Shown here piece by piece: positions 36,496 to 49,345 of a stretch of 64,000 nt of DNA (positions are counted from its first letter, which is position 1; every line of letters starts with the position of its first letter). Made by a program: the position numbers and the translations under genes. Source of the DNA: Callorhinchus milii (Eukaryota); assembly GCF_018977255.1 (NCBI RefSeq), contig NW_024704749.1, positions 2,914,001 through 2,978,000 on the forward strand, read 5' to 3'. A model generated the notes under the pieces. The model was given only the letters and a program-made list of their open reading frames with translations, did no database searches and had not been told where the DNA came from.

Positions 36496-39486
36496 TTTCT
36501 CTGTGAAGGGCTTGAACAAGCTTTCTTATTTTCAGTAATGAAAGAGGTCAGTTGATTTAAAATGAACATAGTACAAAATAATTCTCAATTATTTACAGAA
36601 TCTTGGAAGCTCTTATTCCATTAATTATAAATATATGTCGTGGTTTCGTAGCGTATGAACCCTGCAAGATTTTGCCCTGGTTCACGTGGAATTACACTGT
36701 TGTGGAGCTTTTTCCGGCTTTGGATAATTTTGTTGGTGAGGAATCTTCATCGCTTTATGCAGTTACAGTTTTCTCACTGTGAGACACAGATCTGAGCATG
36801 AGGCCGTATTTCATCTCAATGTTAAAGCTTTTATATCGTTGAACTATACACATGGTATACTATCACATTACATATATAGAATTTACATTGTGTTTGATAT
36901 AGATTGTCTAAGTCACCTTCCCGTAGGTACCAGACCCTTCTTCCCTCATAATCAGATTCACTTTGCTACACTATGCCTCGCTCCAGATGTGATGATCTGT
37001 TCAATAGCAGATCTGGAGTTGCATTCCCACTTCGCGATGCTTAAAAAAGAAAGTTTCTCTCTGAACGTTATAAACAGGGAAGCGAGACGGATCTTTGTTG
37101 ACCCGCTGTACGGGAGGACGGCTAAAAGGATAACCAGAGGTAGTTGTGATGTTACCAATGCAGTTTTGCGCGGTTTGCAGCTTCAAAGTGAGGAGTGGTC
37201 AAGCTGGACCAACAATGTGTATACCAGCTAGAAAATGCCCTCAATGACAAATGATATGTTTTAGCTGTTTGAACTCCAGCAGCGTCTCAAATGATAATAT
37301 GGTGTCCCCAAGGTTGGCTATATTCAATCTACCCCTAAATCATTGCAGAATATGGTCAGGGAATATGGTAAGTGTCAGGACAAAGGGATCATTCAATTTC
37401 TTTCCCCGGAAAATTGATATGATAGTAATAATCCTTGCCTTTGATATAACGCGTTATCATGTGTTTGAGATGTATCAAAGGCTTCATAGAATGTACTTTG
37501 AAGTGAATCAACTATATATTTTATGGCAAAACACAGCAGTCAATTCCTCACAGCAGTGTGTGTCTCTCATGCATTGAGTGGCGAATTTTTTTTTCGTTTT
37601 CTTTTCAAGCAATTCAGGAAACAAGTCGAAGTGGAACAAATGGATAGATTAAACCTGATCATTTTTGAAGAGGATCAAAAGCAACTGTGATTTGTTATAA
37701 ACCGCCGCACTCCCATTCCGCTTCCACAACAAACACAAGAGCTAACTCCACAAATTGAGTTTCAGCTTTTAGACACTCTGGGAAGGAAAGGATACGGTTG
37801 AGCAGATTTTGTAAACGAGTCGGTAGAAGTGTTGCTTCCTTACGCATATTTTCCTAATAATTACACAATGAATAATTAGTGAATCAGACAAAATATTGGG
37901 TGGAGGCTCTTACATTCTGTTCTATTATTGTTTGTTAAATTTTTAACTAAATTGGTAATTTCCAATTTAATTTTAGAAAATACCAGACACTAATGTTCTC
38001 TTCCTGTCAGGTTGCTGTGTTTCGCCCACAATATATACGATCAGTTCACTTTACAGTGTATCTCATGAAGCGACTTGAGATTTCTTGTCCACGTGATAAG
38101 GTGATATTTCGAATGCAAGGAATATTTTTATTAATATTCGGCACTAATATTCTCTTCTTGTCTTGTAAAGAAGCTGATAGGTATGGTTAAAACAAACAAA
38201 ATGCAAAATACTGCAGGAGCTGGAAATCAGAAACAAAAAACACAGGTGGCTGGGAACACTGCAGATCGGCAGCATCTGGAGATAGGAAAGTGTGTCAAAA
38301 GTAACTTATTTTCCTTTTTTGCATTTCATATCAGAGGGTCGTTTCGTGATGCTGTATTGTATAGGCAAATGATTGCTGCCTGAGCTGCTGAATGTACCCA
38401 ACGACTTCTGTTTTTGTTCGTAATGAAGGTTACCTTCACCATGTTTGAATAAACCACAATAAATTGTGATGCCTTTGCTTATGTTATATTCTGTCAAGAT
38501 ATCATAGAACACGATGTGCAAGAATTATCTCTTCTGATATTATTGGACATTTTCTAATAAAACATTAACAACTGTAAATCTGCATTCCCTTCCAGGAAAC
38601 AGATGTGATGGTATCAACACAAAAACTGAATATCGCTGATCTTGACATCTTCCTGACAAGTACAGTGTGATGTGATATGGAACAGGAAATGCATACGCAG
38701 ATTTACGTTACTCAACCTGCTGAAGGAAGCCCAGGGCTCAAGAGCACGTTTGCACCATCAGTCGGATATGCCAGCATTTAATTCTGCGTATGTGCCGGTC
38801 CAGTGCCACAACTGTGACACATCAACTCAAATGACTTGCACATGAGCAGCAACATAGAGAAGCCTTCATTTTAAAATAATTACAGTACTCCTACAATACA
38901 TGTATGTTCATATTCTAAAATAAATGTATAATAATACATTGGACAGAGCAAATTTCATATCAGTGGGTCGTTTCGTGATGCTGTATTGTATATTTTTTCG
39001 AGGCAAATGTGGCAGCCAATTTAAGCACAGCAAAGTCTCACAAAACAGCCATGAAGTCAAGGAAATTTTTGTTCCGGGAATTGTTTGTCAGGAAAGTAGG
39101 ATACGATGTCTTTTCTGCAGAGTAACCAAGGATGTTAAGTATCCACCAGGAACAGGAAAACGGGATTGATCCTCCAACAATGCAAAACATCCCCATCGCT
39201 GTATTGGCATGTCAAACAAGACAACATGAATTTAAAGGCCTACAATCTTCTACATTGGAGGTCAGAGTACCTCCATCTGCAGCCATTCGGTCACATGTGA
39301 GATTTTATCTGAAAAACAACTCGTGTCCTACCCAGTTTTTTCTACAATTTTCATTTGATTATTGAGCGATTGGATCAAACTTTCCACACATTCACAGGAC
39401 ACAGCCTGGTTCCAGCACCACTGAACCAGCAAATCGGCACGTCAGGCATTCAGTGAATCAGCATCAATGGATGCGCACTACACCTC

Positions 39487-40470
39487 AACAACAACAACAA
39501 CAAGATTCCATTTATAGAGCGCCTTCCACGTCGGGAGGACGTCCTAAGGCGCTGTACATTTGGGTCAGGACCCGAGCTGGGGTGAAATTGTCAGGGTGAG
39601 GGGAGGGAAGGGAGGGAGCGAGGAGGAGGTAGAGTCGAGAGGGGAGCTGAAGGCACGGTCAAAGAGAAACGTCTTGAGACCGGCCTTGAAGGAGGAAAGG
39701 GAGGAAGCAAGGTGAAGGCAATGGGGAATAGAGTTCCAGAGACAGGAAGCTGGATGTCTTGATCGATCTTAAACAGTCCTTTCTTCCCCACTTTCATGCC
39801 ATGACCCACTCTGCCTTGTCCCACCTTCACAACATTGCACGACTCCACCATTGCCTCATACTTCAGGCCGCTGAAATCGTCATACATGCCTTCATTACAA
39901 TCAAGTTCAACCATGAAAACATCCTGCTTATCGGCCTTCCCAACTCTTCCTTCCACAAATTGCAGATCACCCAGATTTCTGCAATTCGTAACCTTTCTCA
40001 CACTAAGCTCCGTGACCAATCAGAGCCACCCTTGCCAGCTCAACTGGCTTCCCATCCCTGGAGTATCAAGTTAAAAATTCTCGTCCTCACCTTCAAGGCC
40101 TTGTCCCCTCCTACCTCACTTATCTGCTATCAGCTTATCAACTGTCCGCTCTCTCCTCACAGCAGACACTGGGCTGCTCCACGTCCCCCGCCCAGCCAGC
40201 TCCAACATCAGTGGTCAGGCCTACTGCATGTCTGCTCACACACTCTGGACCTCCATCCTACATTCCTTTCGCCTCGATTCCTCACTTGCCACCTTCAACA
40301 CATGCCTCAAGACCCTCCACTTGGTCTCTGCCTTCTTACACTCTCTTACCCTCTCTATCTTCCCTGTTCCCCAACCCTCCACCACACTCGGGTCCTCATC
40401 CCTGATTGTCCTGTGCCTGGATACCTCCTCCCGACATGAAGGGTGCTTTACAAGCGTAATTTTGTGTTGT
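39487..40470. mobile_element. Young minus-strand L2 tail fragment (39487-39740) inside an older plus-strand L2 fragment
   Basis: (AAC)n tail and young-family 3' UTR, then QAAEIVIHAFITIK and LKILVLTFKAL remnants and an old tail at ~40440. Confidence 0.8.
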
Positions 40471-42172
40471 ATAGAAATAAGTCATTGTCATCACAGATGG
40501 ATCCAATTTGGCCCACCCTCTCTGTATCACCGCGACACTGTTGTTTTGTTAAATTAGTTTCTTTTTAAAAATAATCTACATACTCCAGCTCTTTCTTTGT
40601 ATTCCTCTATGCTTTCACTTACCTCTTCAGTGATTCAGCCTCAATGTCCACTTGTGGTCATGAATTGAACATTCTAATAACATTTGTTTAAATTATATAT
40701 ACAATAAACGTATTTGCAACAACCATTCTGAGACATCAACTCTCCGTTTATTTTGGTTATCTGCGTACCTCATACATGAAGCAAAGTATCCGAATGCTAA
40801 AGTACACCCAAACAAAACTGAGACAACTATACATGGAATACCACCTATATATGGAAATGTTCCTCTTCCTGGAACGGAATGTGCAATCTCTCCAGAGTGA
40901 CATATCCTGCTTATATAATTCCAGAAAGTATGACATGAAGGTTGGCAGGAATCAAATCTTGATGACCAAATCTCGACTCTCTCTCCATTGAGTTTCGTCC
41001 ACAAAATATCCAGTCAATTCACTCAACAGTGTATTCTCTGAAGAGCTTTGCGACATCCAGAAGACATGCGCTGTATTAAATGCCAGGATTTTCTATTAAT
41101 AGTGATCACAAACCTCAATTATTTACAGAACCATAGAAAGGTCTTATTCCATTCATTATTAATATTTGTCATTGCTTTGCAGTATATGAATCCTGCAACA
41201 TCTCTTGTCCAGTTTCACAAGGATCTACACGGCTGTGGAGCTTGTTGAAATGTTGGATAATCATCGGTAAGAATGTTACATTACATGCTGTAACAGTTTG
41301 CAGATTGATCTGCTACAGACCTACACAGCAAGTTACACTTTACAAGAGGTGCCAGGGATCCTCAAATTATACATAAAGTTTGTAGATTTTTGACAAATAA
41401 ACTGTCCAAGTCGCCTTCTCACAGGTTCCAGTACCTACCATCTCCTCACACGAGGATACTTTTGACTCCACTATGCCTTACTGCAGATGTGATCTGTACA
41501 GCAACATGAACCTATCAGCCCCATCCTCGCCCGGCTCCATTTACTCGTCAGAGTGAAAAATCCTCATCCTGGCATTCAAAGCCCTCTTGCGGTTTGCTCC
41601 TCGCTACATCTGTTTCCTGCTACATCCACAGATACTGGTCCGCAACTTCCACTCAGCGGACTCCGATATGCTCCATGTCTCCCTGGTGACCCACAACATT
41701 ATCAAACATCAGGCCTTCAGTTTCTCTGACCCATCCTTTGGAATTCCACCACACAGTCCCTCCCTTCCCTCCTTCAAGGCACCTCTCAGAATCTTTCTCT
41801 TAAAAGCCCCTTTTGTCAATCTCCTCTCCCATCACTCACTGCTTCCTCCTCTACTGATCACAGTCTGCTCTTCTGGCCCAAATCCGTGAGTGGCCTACAC
41901 CTAGAACATCCTCCGTAGATGAAACGTGTTATTCAAATGTTACTTCTTTTTGTTAGATCCAGAATACGAGCTCGAATCTCACTTGCTGATGATAAAAGAA
42001 TTCCAGAAACATTATAAAAGGTGAAAAGCTCAATTGGTCTTCAAGCAGGGAGGAGAACAACTCACTTACAGGTAGATGCATGTGACACACTATTGATGTA
42101 GTGCTTGTACTGTTTGTAGCATGGAATGGCAATGCCACAAATGATTCATGCCCTAGTTAATTTGTCATTTCT

Positions 42173-42817
42173 TGTTGTGATATACCGATCCCGAGGATCC
42201 AAAATAAGTGACTCAACAATCCTTAATAAAGGTATAATGGTTTATTATTCACAAACAGTTTATGAGTATATAGCAAAAGAGGTAAATAGTCATTCTTCCA
42301 GTTCTATGTAGTCTGTAGGCTGATTTCAGTCTTTCGTGTCTGCTCCTCAGGCTCAATCTTTTGCTATACTCACATTCTCTCTTTCTCTCTGGCTCTGCTT
42401 CCACACACATCTCTGTCCGGTGGCACCCAATTATACTAACTTCCCATCTTACCTTTGCTTCGCACAGATAAGTTGATGGCCTTTTGAATTTTGGTCTTCC
42501 TTTGTCCTGTCTAACCTGATCAAAGAGGTTTCTCTGGAATAGAGACAGGCTTCATCGTATCTGAGTACCAACCTTGAGCGTGTGGCCAGCTTACAAGAAA
42601 AAGCTTTCAGACACACATCCCATTGTCCTGATACCAGGCTCATGGTGTTCCCCCTATTTCCAGGTGGCACTTACCTCGTACGTCAGGACTAAAGTTTGAG
42701 CCAGCTTCTCACAATGCCTGAAACCAACAGCCACAGTATTCTTTTAACATTTTAAAGTACTGTCTTATGGTTGCTATAAGGTGTTATACTTTCTACAATA
42801 TTCTACTCAATCTAACA
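42173..42817 (-). mobile_element. Solo LTR (645 bp)
   Basis: Starts TGTT, ends AACA, flanked by a 5-bp TTTCT duplication (42168-42172, 42818-42822); paralogous sites at ~27400 and ~56935 are empty; minus-strand AATAAA at 42241-42246 about 70 nt from the end. Confidence 0.82.
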
Positions 42818-43330
42818 TTTCTCCCACCAAATATTTTGTGAATCGGTTCAATATCATCACAGGAATACAGTCGGTGATCCGATCTCATCCTTCTCCTGCC
42901 TCTTACTTTGTCTTTTGTTTCTTTCAACCAAAGTATTGGGTATAGCCTGCAATATGTGGAAAGGTTTACAATTTGTTAAATGTTTCTCTTCTAATCTCGG
43001 TTGATTCCCTGATTCCCTTTTACCCTATAATACTGGACTTTATCTGATAAAACACTAACAGCTCTAAATCTATGTTTCCTTCCAGAGAACGGAGATGCAA
43101 TGTCATCCAGAAGCAAACACTCAATTCCAATCTTGTGGACCTTTCCCTAAAAGCTACAATGTAATGTGATATGGAACGGAAAATGTAAAAGCAGATTTTT
43201 GTTACTCAACCAATGCCACAGTTACTCATCCAATGCCACAATTCTAATTCAAGTGACTTGCAAATGCGTACAAGCAGAGGAGCTTCCATTTTAAAATATA
43301 ACTACAGTACTCCTACATTATGTGTACGAT

Positions 43331-43882
43331 AAGAACATAAGAATCAGGAGAAGGAGCAGGCCATTCGGCCCCTCGAGCCTGCCCTGCCATTCGATAAGAT
43401 CATGGCTGATCTTCAGACCTCACTCTAATTACCTGCCCTATCCCCATATCCCATAATCCCTCTATTTTTTAAAAATCTATCAGTCTCAGCCTTGAAGATG
43501 TTCAAGGACTGAGCATCTACAGCCTTTATGGTAGTGAATTCCATAAATTCACTACTCTCTGAGTGAAGAAATGTTTCTTCAACTCTGTTCTAAAAGGCTG
43601 ACCCATAATTTTAAGACTGTGACCCCTGGTTATAGATTCTCCTACCAGGGGAAACAGACCCTCAGTGTTTACTTCATCCAGCCCTTTAAGAATCTTATAT
43701 GTTTCAATAAGATCTGCCCTAATTCTTCTGTACTCTAGAGAATATAGCCCTAGTTTATGCAACCTACCCTCAATGGTCAGTCACCTCATCCCAGGAACTA
43801 ACCTAGTGATTCTACGCTGCACCCCCTCTAGGGCAAGTATGTCCTTCTTTTAAATAAGGAGACCAAAACTGCACACAATACT
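43331..43882 (-). mobile_element. CR1-clade LINE 3' fragment
   Basis: ORF2 C-terminus LGLYSLEYRRIRADLIETYKILKG...RGHSLK...FFTQRVVNLWNSLP typical of CR1; tail ends ttcttatgttctt. Confidence 0.9.
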
Positions 43883-46070
43883 CTAGTTGCGGTCTCACCA
43901 AGCTGAAGGCCCACTCGAAAATGCTAGGCAGCGGACATGAAGCAGGCAGGAGCCCAGAAATTGACAGATTGGTAGGGGGTTAGGAAGCTGCAGAGGTAGG
44001 GGGGAAGAAGGCCATTGAGAGCAATGAAGGCAGTGACCAGGATCTTGAAATGTGTCCTCTGTGCGATGGGACGCCAATGGAATCAGGCGAGGATGGGAGG
44101 TCATAGGATCAGAGAGTCTGGTGCGGGATAGGACACAGGCTGCAGCATGTTCTTCAACCTACAGAGGGAGGAGTTGTGGAGACCAAGAAGCAGGGATTTT
44201 GCACAGTGAAAGGATGCTATGAACCTATGTATGAGAGTTTCAGTTACCTGCGGTTTGATGGAACCGGGCAATGTTGCGGAGGTGGGGGAAGGCAGAGCGG
44301 GTCATAGCATGGATATGGATTGAATAATATATTGGATATAGGAGGCCGTTTCCTGATGATGCACTGCATTTACTGTATACAGTTTATTCCAAACAAATAG
44401 GCAGCCAATTCGGGCACAGCAGAGTCTCACAGCCATGAAGTGAATCTGCTACATAACAGACTAGAATGCTGCCAACTGTGCAATGCTGACTTGTCACATT
44501 GAGAAGTACGAAGAAGTGCGAGAATGCTTCATGTCAAAGATCAAAAATATTGTTTCAGTGCATCGCCCTCCCTTCCATCCCCTTCTGTATCCCCCATACC
44601 ATCCATTCCACCTTTCCTGCCATCAAGGCCCCTTCTGTTCTTTCTTACATTCAATGTTCAGATCTTTATTAAGCTTAGTGTGCTATTCTGCTGAATTATT
44701 TGCATATCAAAGCTTAATTGACATGGAAATAATTCAGCAGAATGGCCCAGCTGCAAAAATATTTTCTTATCAATTCCAAGTGATTATTTCCAAGTAAATG
44801 TACTGATTAAGATTAAAATTCTTGTTGATAATGTTTCATTGGTATCTGTTGGTAAATGTAATTGTTAAAATGTGTGAGTGTGGCCTTTGTAATGGGTTAG
44901 AGTAACAATAAAATATCTGTTTTTGGCAATCAGCCAAGGCGTGGGATTGGCCAAAATGGTATTTCATTGAGAGGCATTCATTTGGGGCTTCTCTCGAAAT
45001 TTAATTAATAGCATTTTTCTAGTGGGTGTGTGTTCTCACAAATTAGACTAATAGTATGTAATTGGCATATTTTGATTTTTCCTTTGTCAAAGTTAAAGGA
45101 AGAACTCTAAAATATGGATTGGTATCGACCAAATATACCTACAGATGTATTAGATGGGATTAATCAAGTGGAACATGGAGAAGAAGCCCAGGCTTCCGAG
45201 TTCGACTTTAATAATCTACTCTTTAACATCATATTGAATAAAGAACTTGATAATTACATGTATAATGTTTCACAATGTTGTAGTTTGTATTAAAAGGGGA
45301 AGAGATAAATGCGACACAAATACAACTTTGATGCGTTGAGACAGCGACACCTACTGATGTTAATCAATCAGACAAGACGTTGTCAGGCGGAGGTTGGAAG
45401 CAAACGTTTCTAAACAGCAGATTTACGGGACAAAATCCACCAGTTTCTCAATAATATTTAAAATTGCGCAGATTTGCTGAAATGCTTCCATTTCAAACTG
45501 AATTTGGAAGGTTTTTTTTAAGAACTACAAAAGAGCGATTTACAAATTAATACCCAATTCAAGATCCCCCCCTCCTCCCTCCGAGTCCAGACAATATTAC
45601 AGTTTAAGATCAAACCATCTTACAGGCTGAGACGAGGTGGGATTTTGAACCTTCGAAGCCCCGGAGAGCACAACACAGAATGACTCCGACTGTTGGGGAA
45701 TGTTCTGCTCCTGTGCCATTGTTGCTATGATTGACAACTACTCTAATATTTCCTCCAGTAAGACAACATGTATCAACTAAATCCATAAAATGTCGCTATT
45801 TTAAGAAATAAATGAGAAAATGAGCGACTCACAGAGGCCAATGCAGAGACAGTTTATTATTGATCGATATTTCTGTAATACGACACAAGGAGAACACATA
45901 TAATTGTATCTAAAGTTTCCAGCAAACCGTACAAACTGTGTATGGATTGTTATCTCTTTGCGAAATTTATAGCAAAATGAACATAATCGACAACATATGA
46001 CAAAACAAAATTATTATTATTAAAGGTAGATGGACAACAGTACATTCGATTATCGGTGCACATTCCTGGT

Positions 46071-46393
46071 TTAGGTACAACTGGATCTGGCGATGCTTTT
46101 CTCGAGCGGAGTGGCCAGAGTCTGGTGTTTGACCACACAGGAATACAGGTCGTGTGACTCCCACTCGGAGGTTGGCAGAGTCAGATAACTGCTCACACTG
46201 TACGTGTTGTCCGCCTGCTGTTTGATCGCACTCGTTTCAACACCTTGACTTCTGGCACTGCCATCCACAGTCCACTCGACCTCCACAGCTCCCGGGATAA
46301 AATCATTCACCAGACACACCAGGGTCGCCTTGCTCTTTGCTGTGATTTGATCTGGTGAAGGCGGAAGGACAGTCACCGAAGGGCCCTGTGGCT
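46071..46393 (-). CDS. IGLC: Ig light chain constant exon, cluster D
   Basis: Intact 323-nt exon, acceptor AG at 46395-46394. Confidence 0.97.
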
Positions 46394-48602
46394 CTGGAAG
46401 GAAAAGATTTTGTACTTAGATAATGTCCATTATTTCATAAGACGAAGGAAAGTTGAAAACTAAATATCAAATCTTTGTATCAAATACTGCAACGTGTTCT
46501 TGGTCTGTTGATAATGATCTTGAACAGTGATATTGTCCGTCTATAAAGATATTAAATCAGTGTGAAGCGATTATTGTTGTTAAGGGTTGCTCACCAAACG
46601 CTCTGTAGTTTATTATACTATCTCCAGATTATCACGTTCCCATTTACGAAATGAAAGACTGCAATCACCAGAAACGACAACAGACACTAAAACCAGGTCA
46701 CAGTGAATACTGCCGGAGCAGCTGATTGACAGCGCAGTAAAACTTTCGGATTATTAATGATATCTCTGTCAAAGCTCATTCACACGATAGAAAATTTCTC
46801 CCACCAACATGCAGTCAATTTACTTCACGGTATAGTCTGTGAAGCGCTTTGAGACGTCTCGAAGACGTGAAAAGCGTTATGCCAAATTCAAGGCTTCATT
46901 CCGATGAATTCTCTCCAAACATCCAACTGTCGCCTCTATTTCCAACACTGCCCAATTCTGGGAAGAAATGTGTGAACGTTTGAGTAGTTTTTGGAGATTG
47001 AATAATCGCTATACAATGACTGGGCACAAACTATACTTTCTCGGATGTCCTTTCCTGAGTCGAGGTGGAACGGGATTCAAGATTGACGGTTGAGCGGATA
47101 AACAATGACGGATTTCAACAAACTGGAAGATGGTCCAGAATACAAATAACAATTCACACTTGTACAGAGCCTTTCACCTTGACCACTTACAACCAGATGA
47201 TCATCATAATAATAATCATTGCATTGCTTATAGCACCTTACCACATCTTCGAGACGTCTCAAAGCATTTCACAGAAGATACTGTGAAGTGAATTGACTGT
47301 ACATTTTGCGAAAGAACACGAAAAGCATCAGAATCCGAAACTAGTTTGTGTACAATCTCCTGGTTCAAAACATAACGAAATGAAACGAGCTATTTATAAA
47401 TAAAAGCAGAACATTGACAGTTATAAGGATAACGAATCGGTTCCAATAGGTAGCCTTCGGTATTACAGCTGATCGGGATTATTGTAAACCTATAACTTTT
47501 CATTGCACGCCCTATACAAACAATCAGTCTTTCGACAAAAAAGTTTTAGAGACACGAACGGCAGTTATTGAAAACCTGGAAATCCGGGGGGAAAAGGAAA
47601 GGGGTTCGTTTTGCTCAAATGCTGTATGAAGGAAAAGTCAAAACATTAAGCATTTCAACAGCAAAATAAAGGAAAGATTCAGCAGCTGGAAAGAATGAAT
47701 GCCAATTTCACAAAGTTTCATAGGGCGCTTGAAGTATATTGCATTGCATTTATAATAAATATGACTGCGCGGTAGACAGGAAATAATCAAGTTACATTTC
47801 CATAATTTAGATAACATTTTTCTTTCATTTCTGCTTTGACCAGATTGAGCCGCCGCTCAACAGTCTGTGCCTTCACTCAGCGCCGGTTCACATCTGAACA
47901 ATTACAGCAACTTGTGGGGAAACACTTGTGACATTACTGAGTCTCTGCTGCTGATTACAGTGGTGCTCCCCTCAGCGACATCAAACACCGAATCGGGAGA
48001 AAATAAAACATGTTAAACAATCAAATATCCGAATACAACTCCGCCGAAAGAAGATAATAGATATATCGACTAATGGGAAGAATAACTCAGAGGTTCTTTG
48101 CACAAGTCTAATTTCTGTCAAAATTCGCATTAATTCACTGAGCCGATCATAACATTGGAATTGTTCTCAAATAATGGATTAGTTGCTTATGTGAAATACT
48201 GGTCAGAGAAACCTTTCTCAGAGTAATTCCCGGTCATCTGGGTAATAGTTGAAGACTGTTACTGGTTCTCTTGGATGTTTAACGTCTTGAAATATTCAAG
48301 TAGTTACGAACGAGAAACATTTCTACGATGTTTTTTCATCTGAGATTGAACTCCTCACCAATCGGTTCAGCAATCCTTTGGAAAGCTGTTGGTTACCTTT
48401 TTGTGTTGGAGATTCAAACCCGTGGGTGGGTTGGCGGTGATTGGAAGTAATCATATCAATGATAACAATAAAATGAATAAATCTGGTACCAGGAATTTGG
48501 TTGTCTAATGCAAATCAAAATAATTATTGGAAAGTCGAAACAACAACAATATTTAGCTTGAACCCACCACGTGCAAAGTGTAGAATGCCAAAGATCACTT
48601 AC

Positions 48603-48953
48603 TTTTCAAACTCAGTTCACTCCCTTTACCGAAAAAGAAGTGATACGGACTGCTCTTATCCTGGGCACCACAGGAGTAATCGGCGGCGTCCTCAGCTTGC
48701 ACACCGCTGATGGTTAAATGCACGGCGTTGTTCCCTGAGTCCGCAGAACCAGAGAATCGATCAGGAATCCCCTGAGGTTTGCCGCTGTAACTTGACCAGA
48801 GAAGCACAGGGGCGCCGTCAAGCTTCTGCTGGTACCAGCTGGTGTGGTAGCTGCCGATGCTGCCTCCGGACATGGTACAGGTGATCTTGACGGTGTTTCC
48901 CGGGGAGGATGAGATGGACGATGGCTGAGTCAGGGTAACAGCTGCGGTTGTGC
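48603..48953 (-). CDS. IGLV: Germline-joined VJ exon, cluster D
   Basis: Open frame, CDR3 [17 protein letters not shown] motif, canonical splice sites, no RSS. Confidence 0.97.
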
Positions 48954-49039
48954 CTGGAGAAACAACAAGTCAATATGTACATTGTAAAACCGTACAAATT
49001 GAATGTAACTCAGATCAGTGCGGATTCCTTAGCGCTTAC

Positions 49040-49088
49040 CATGTAAACACAGGAGCAAAGCGGACAGGACTCGGAGCCAATCGCCCAT
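49040..49088 (-). CDS. Leader exon, cluster D
   Basis: Same sequence as the cluster B and C leaders. Confidence 0.94.
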
Positions 49089-49345
49089 CGTGAATAGTTT
49101 GATGAAGATCAGAGAGATGAGGGATTTTCCAGACCAAAGCCACTTTACTGCTTGTTTCTCAGCTTCTCCTTAAGAACCATCAGGTGATGTAAGTCCAATT
49201 GAATTAATGAACTATGCAAATCACCATCCGGGTTGCACCGCCCAATCGGAGTCCTTGTTCTGAACTGGAGATTCAAGATCATGCAGATTCGAGACATTTT
49301 ACCGCCGATACTTCTAAAGATATTTCATGATAATATTGCATAATA
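49089..49345 (-). promoter_or_regulatory. IgL promoter, cluster D
   Basis: Decamer TGATTTGCAT at 49214-49223 plus the same E-box and CCAAT motifs. Confidence 0.85.
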
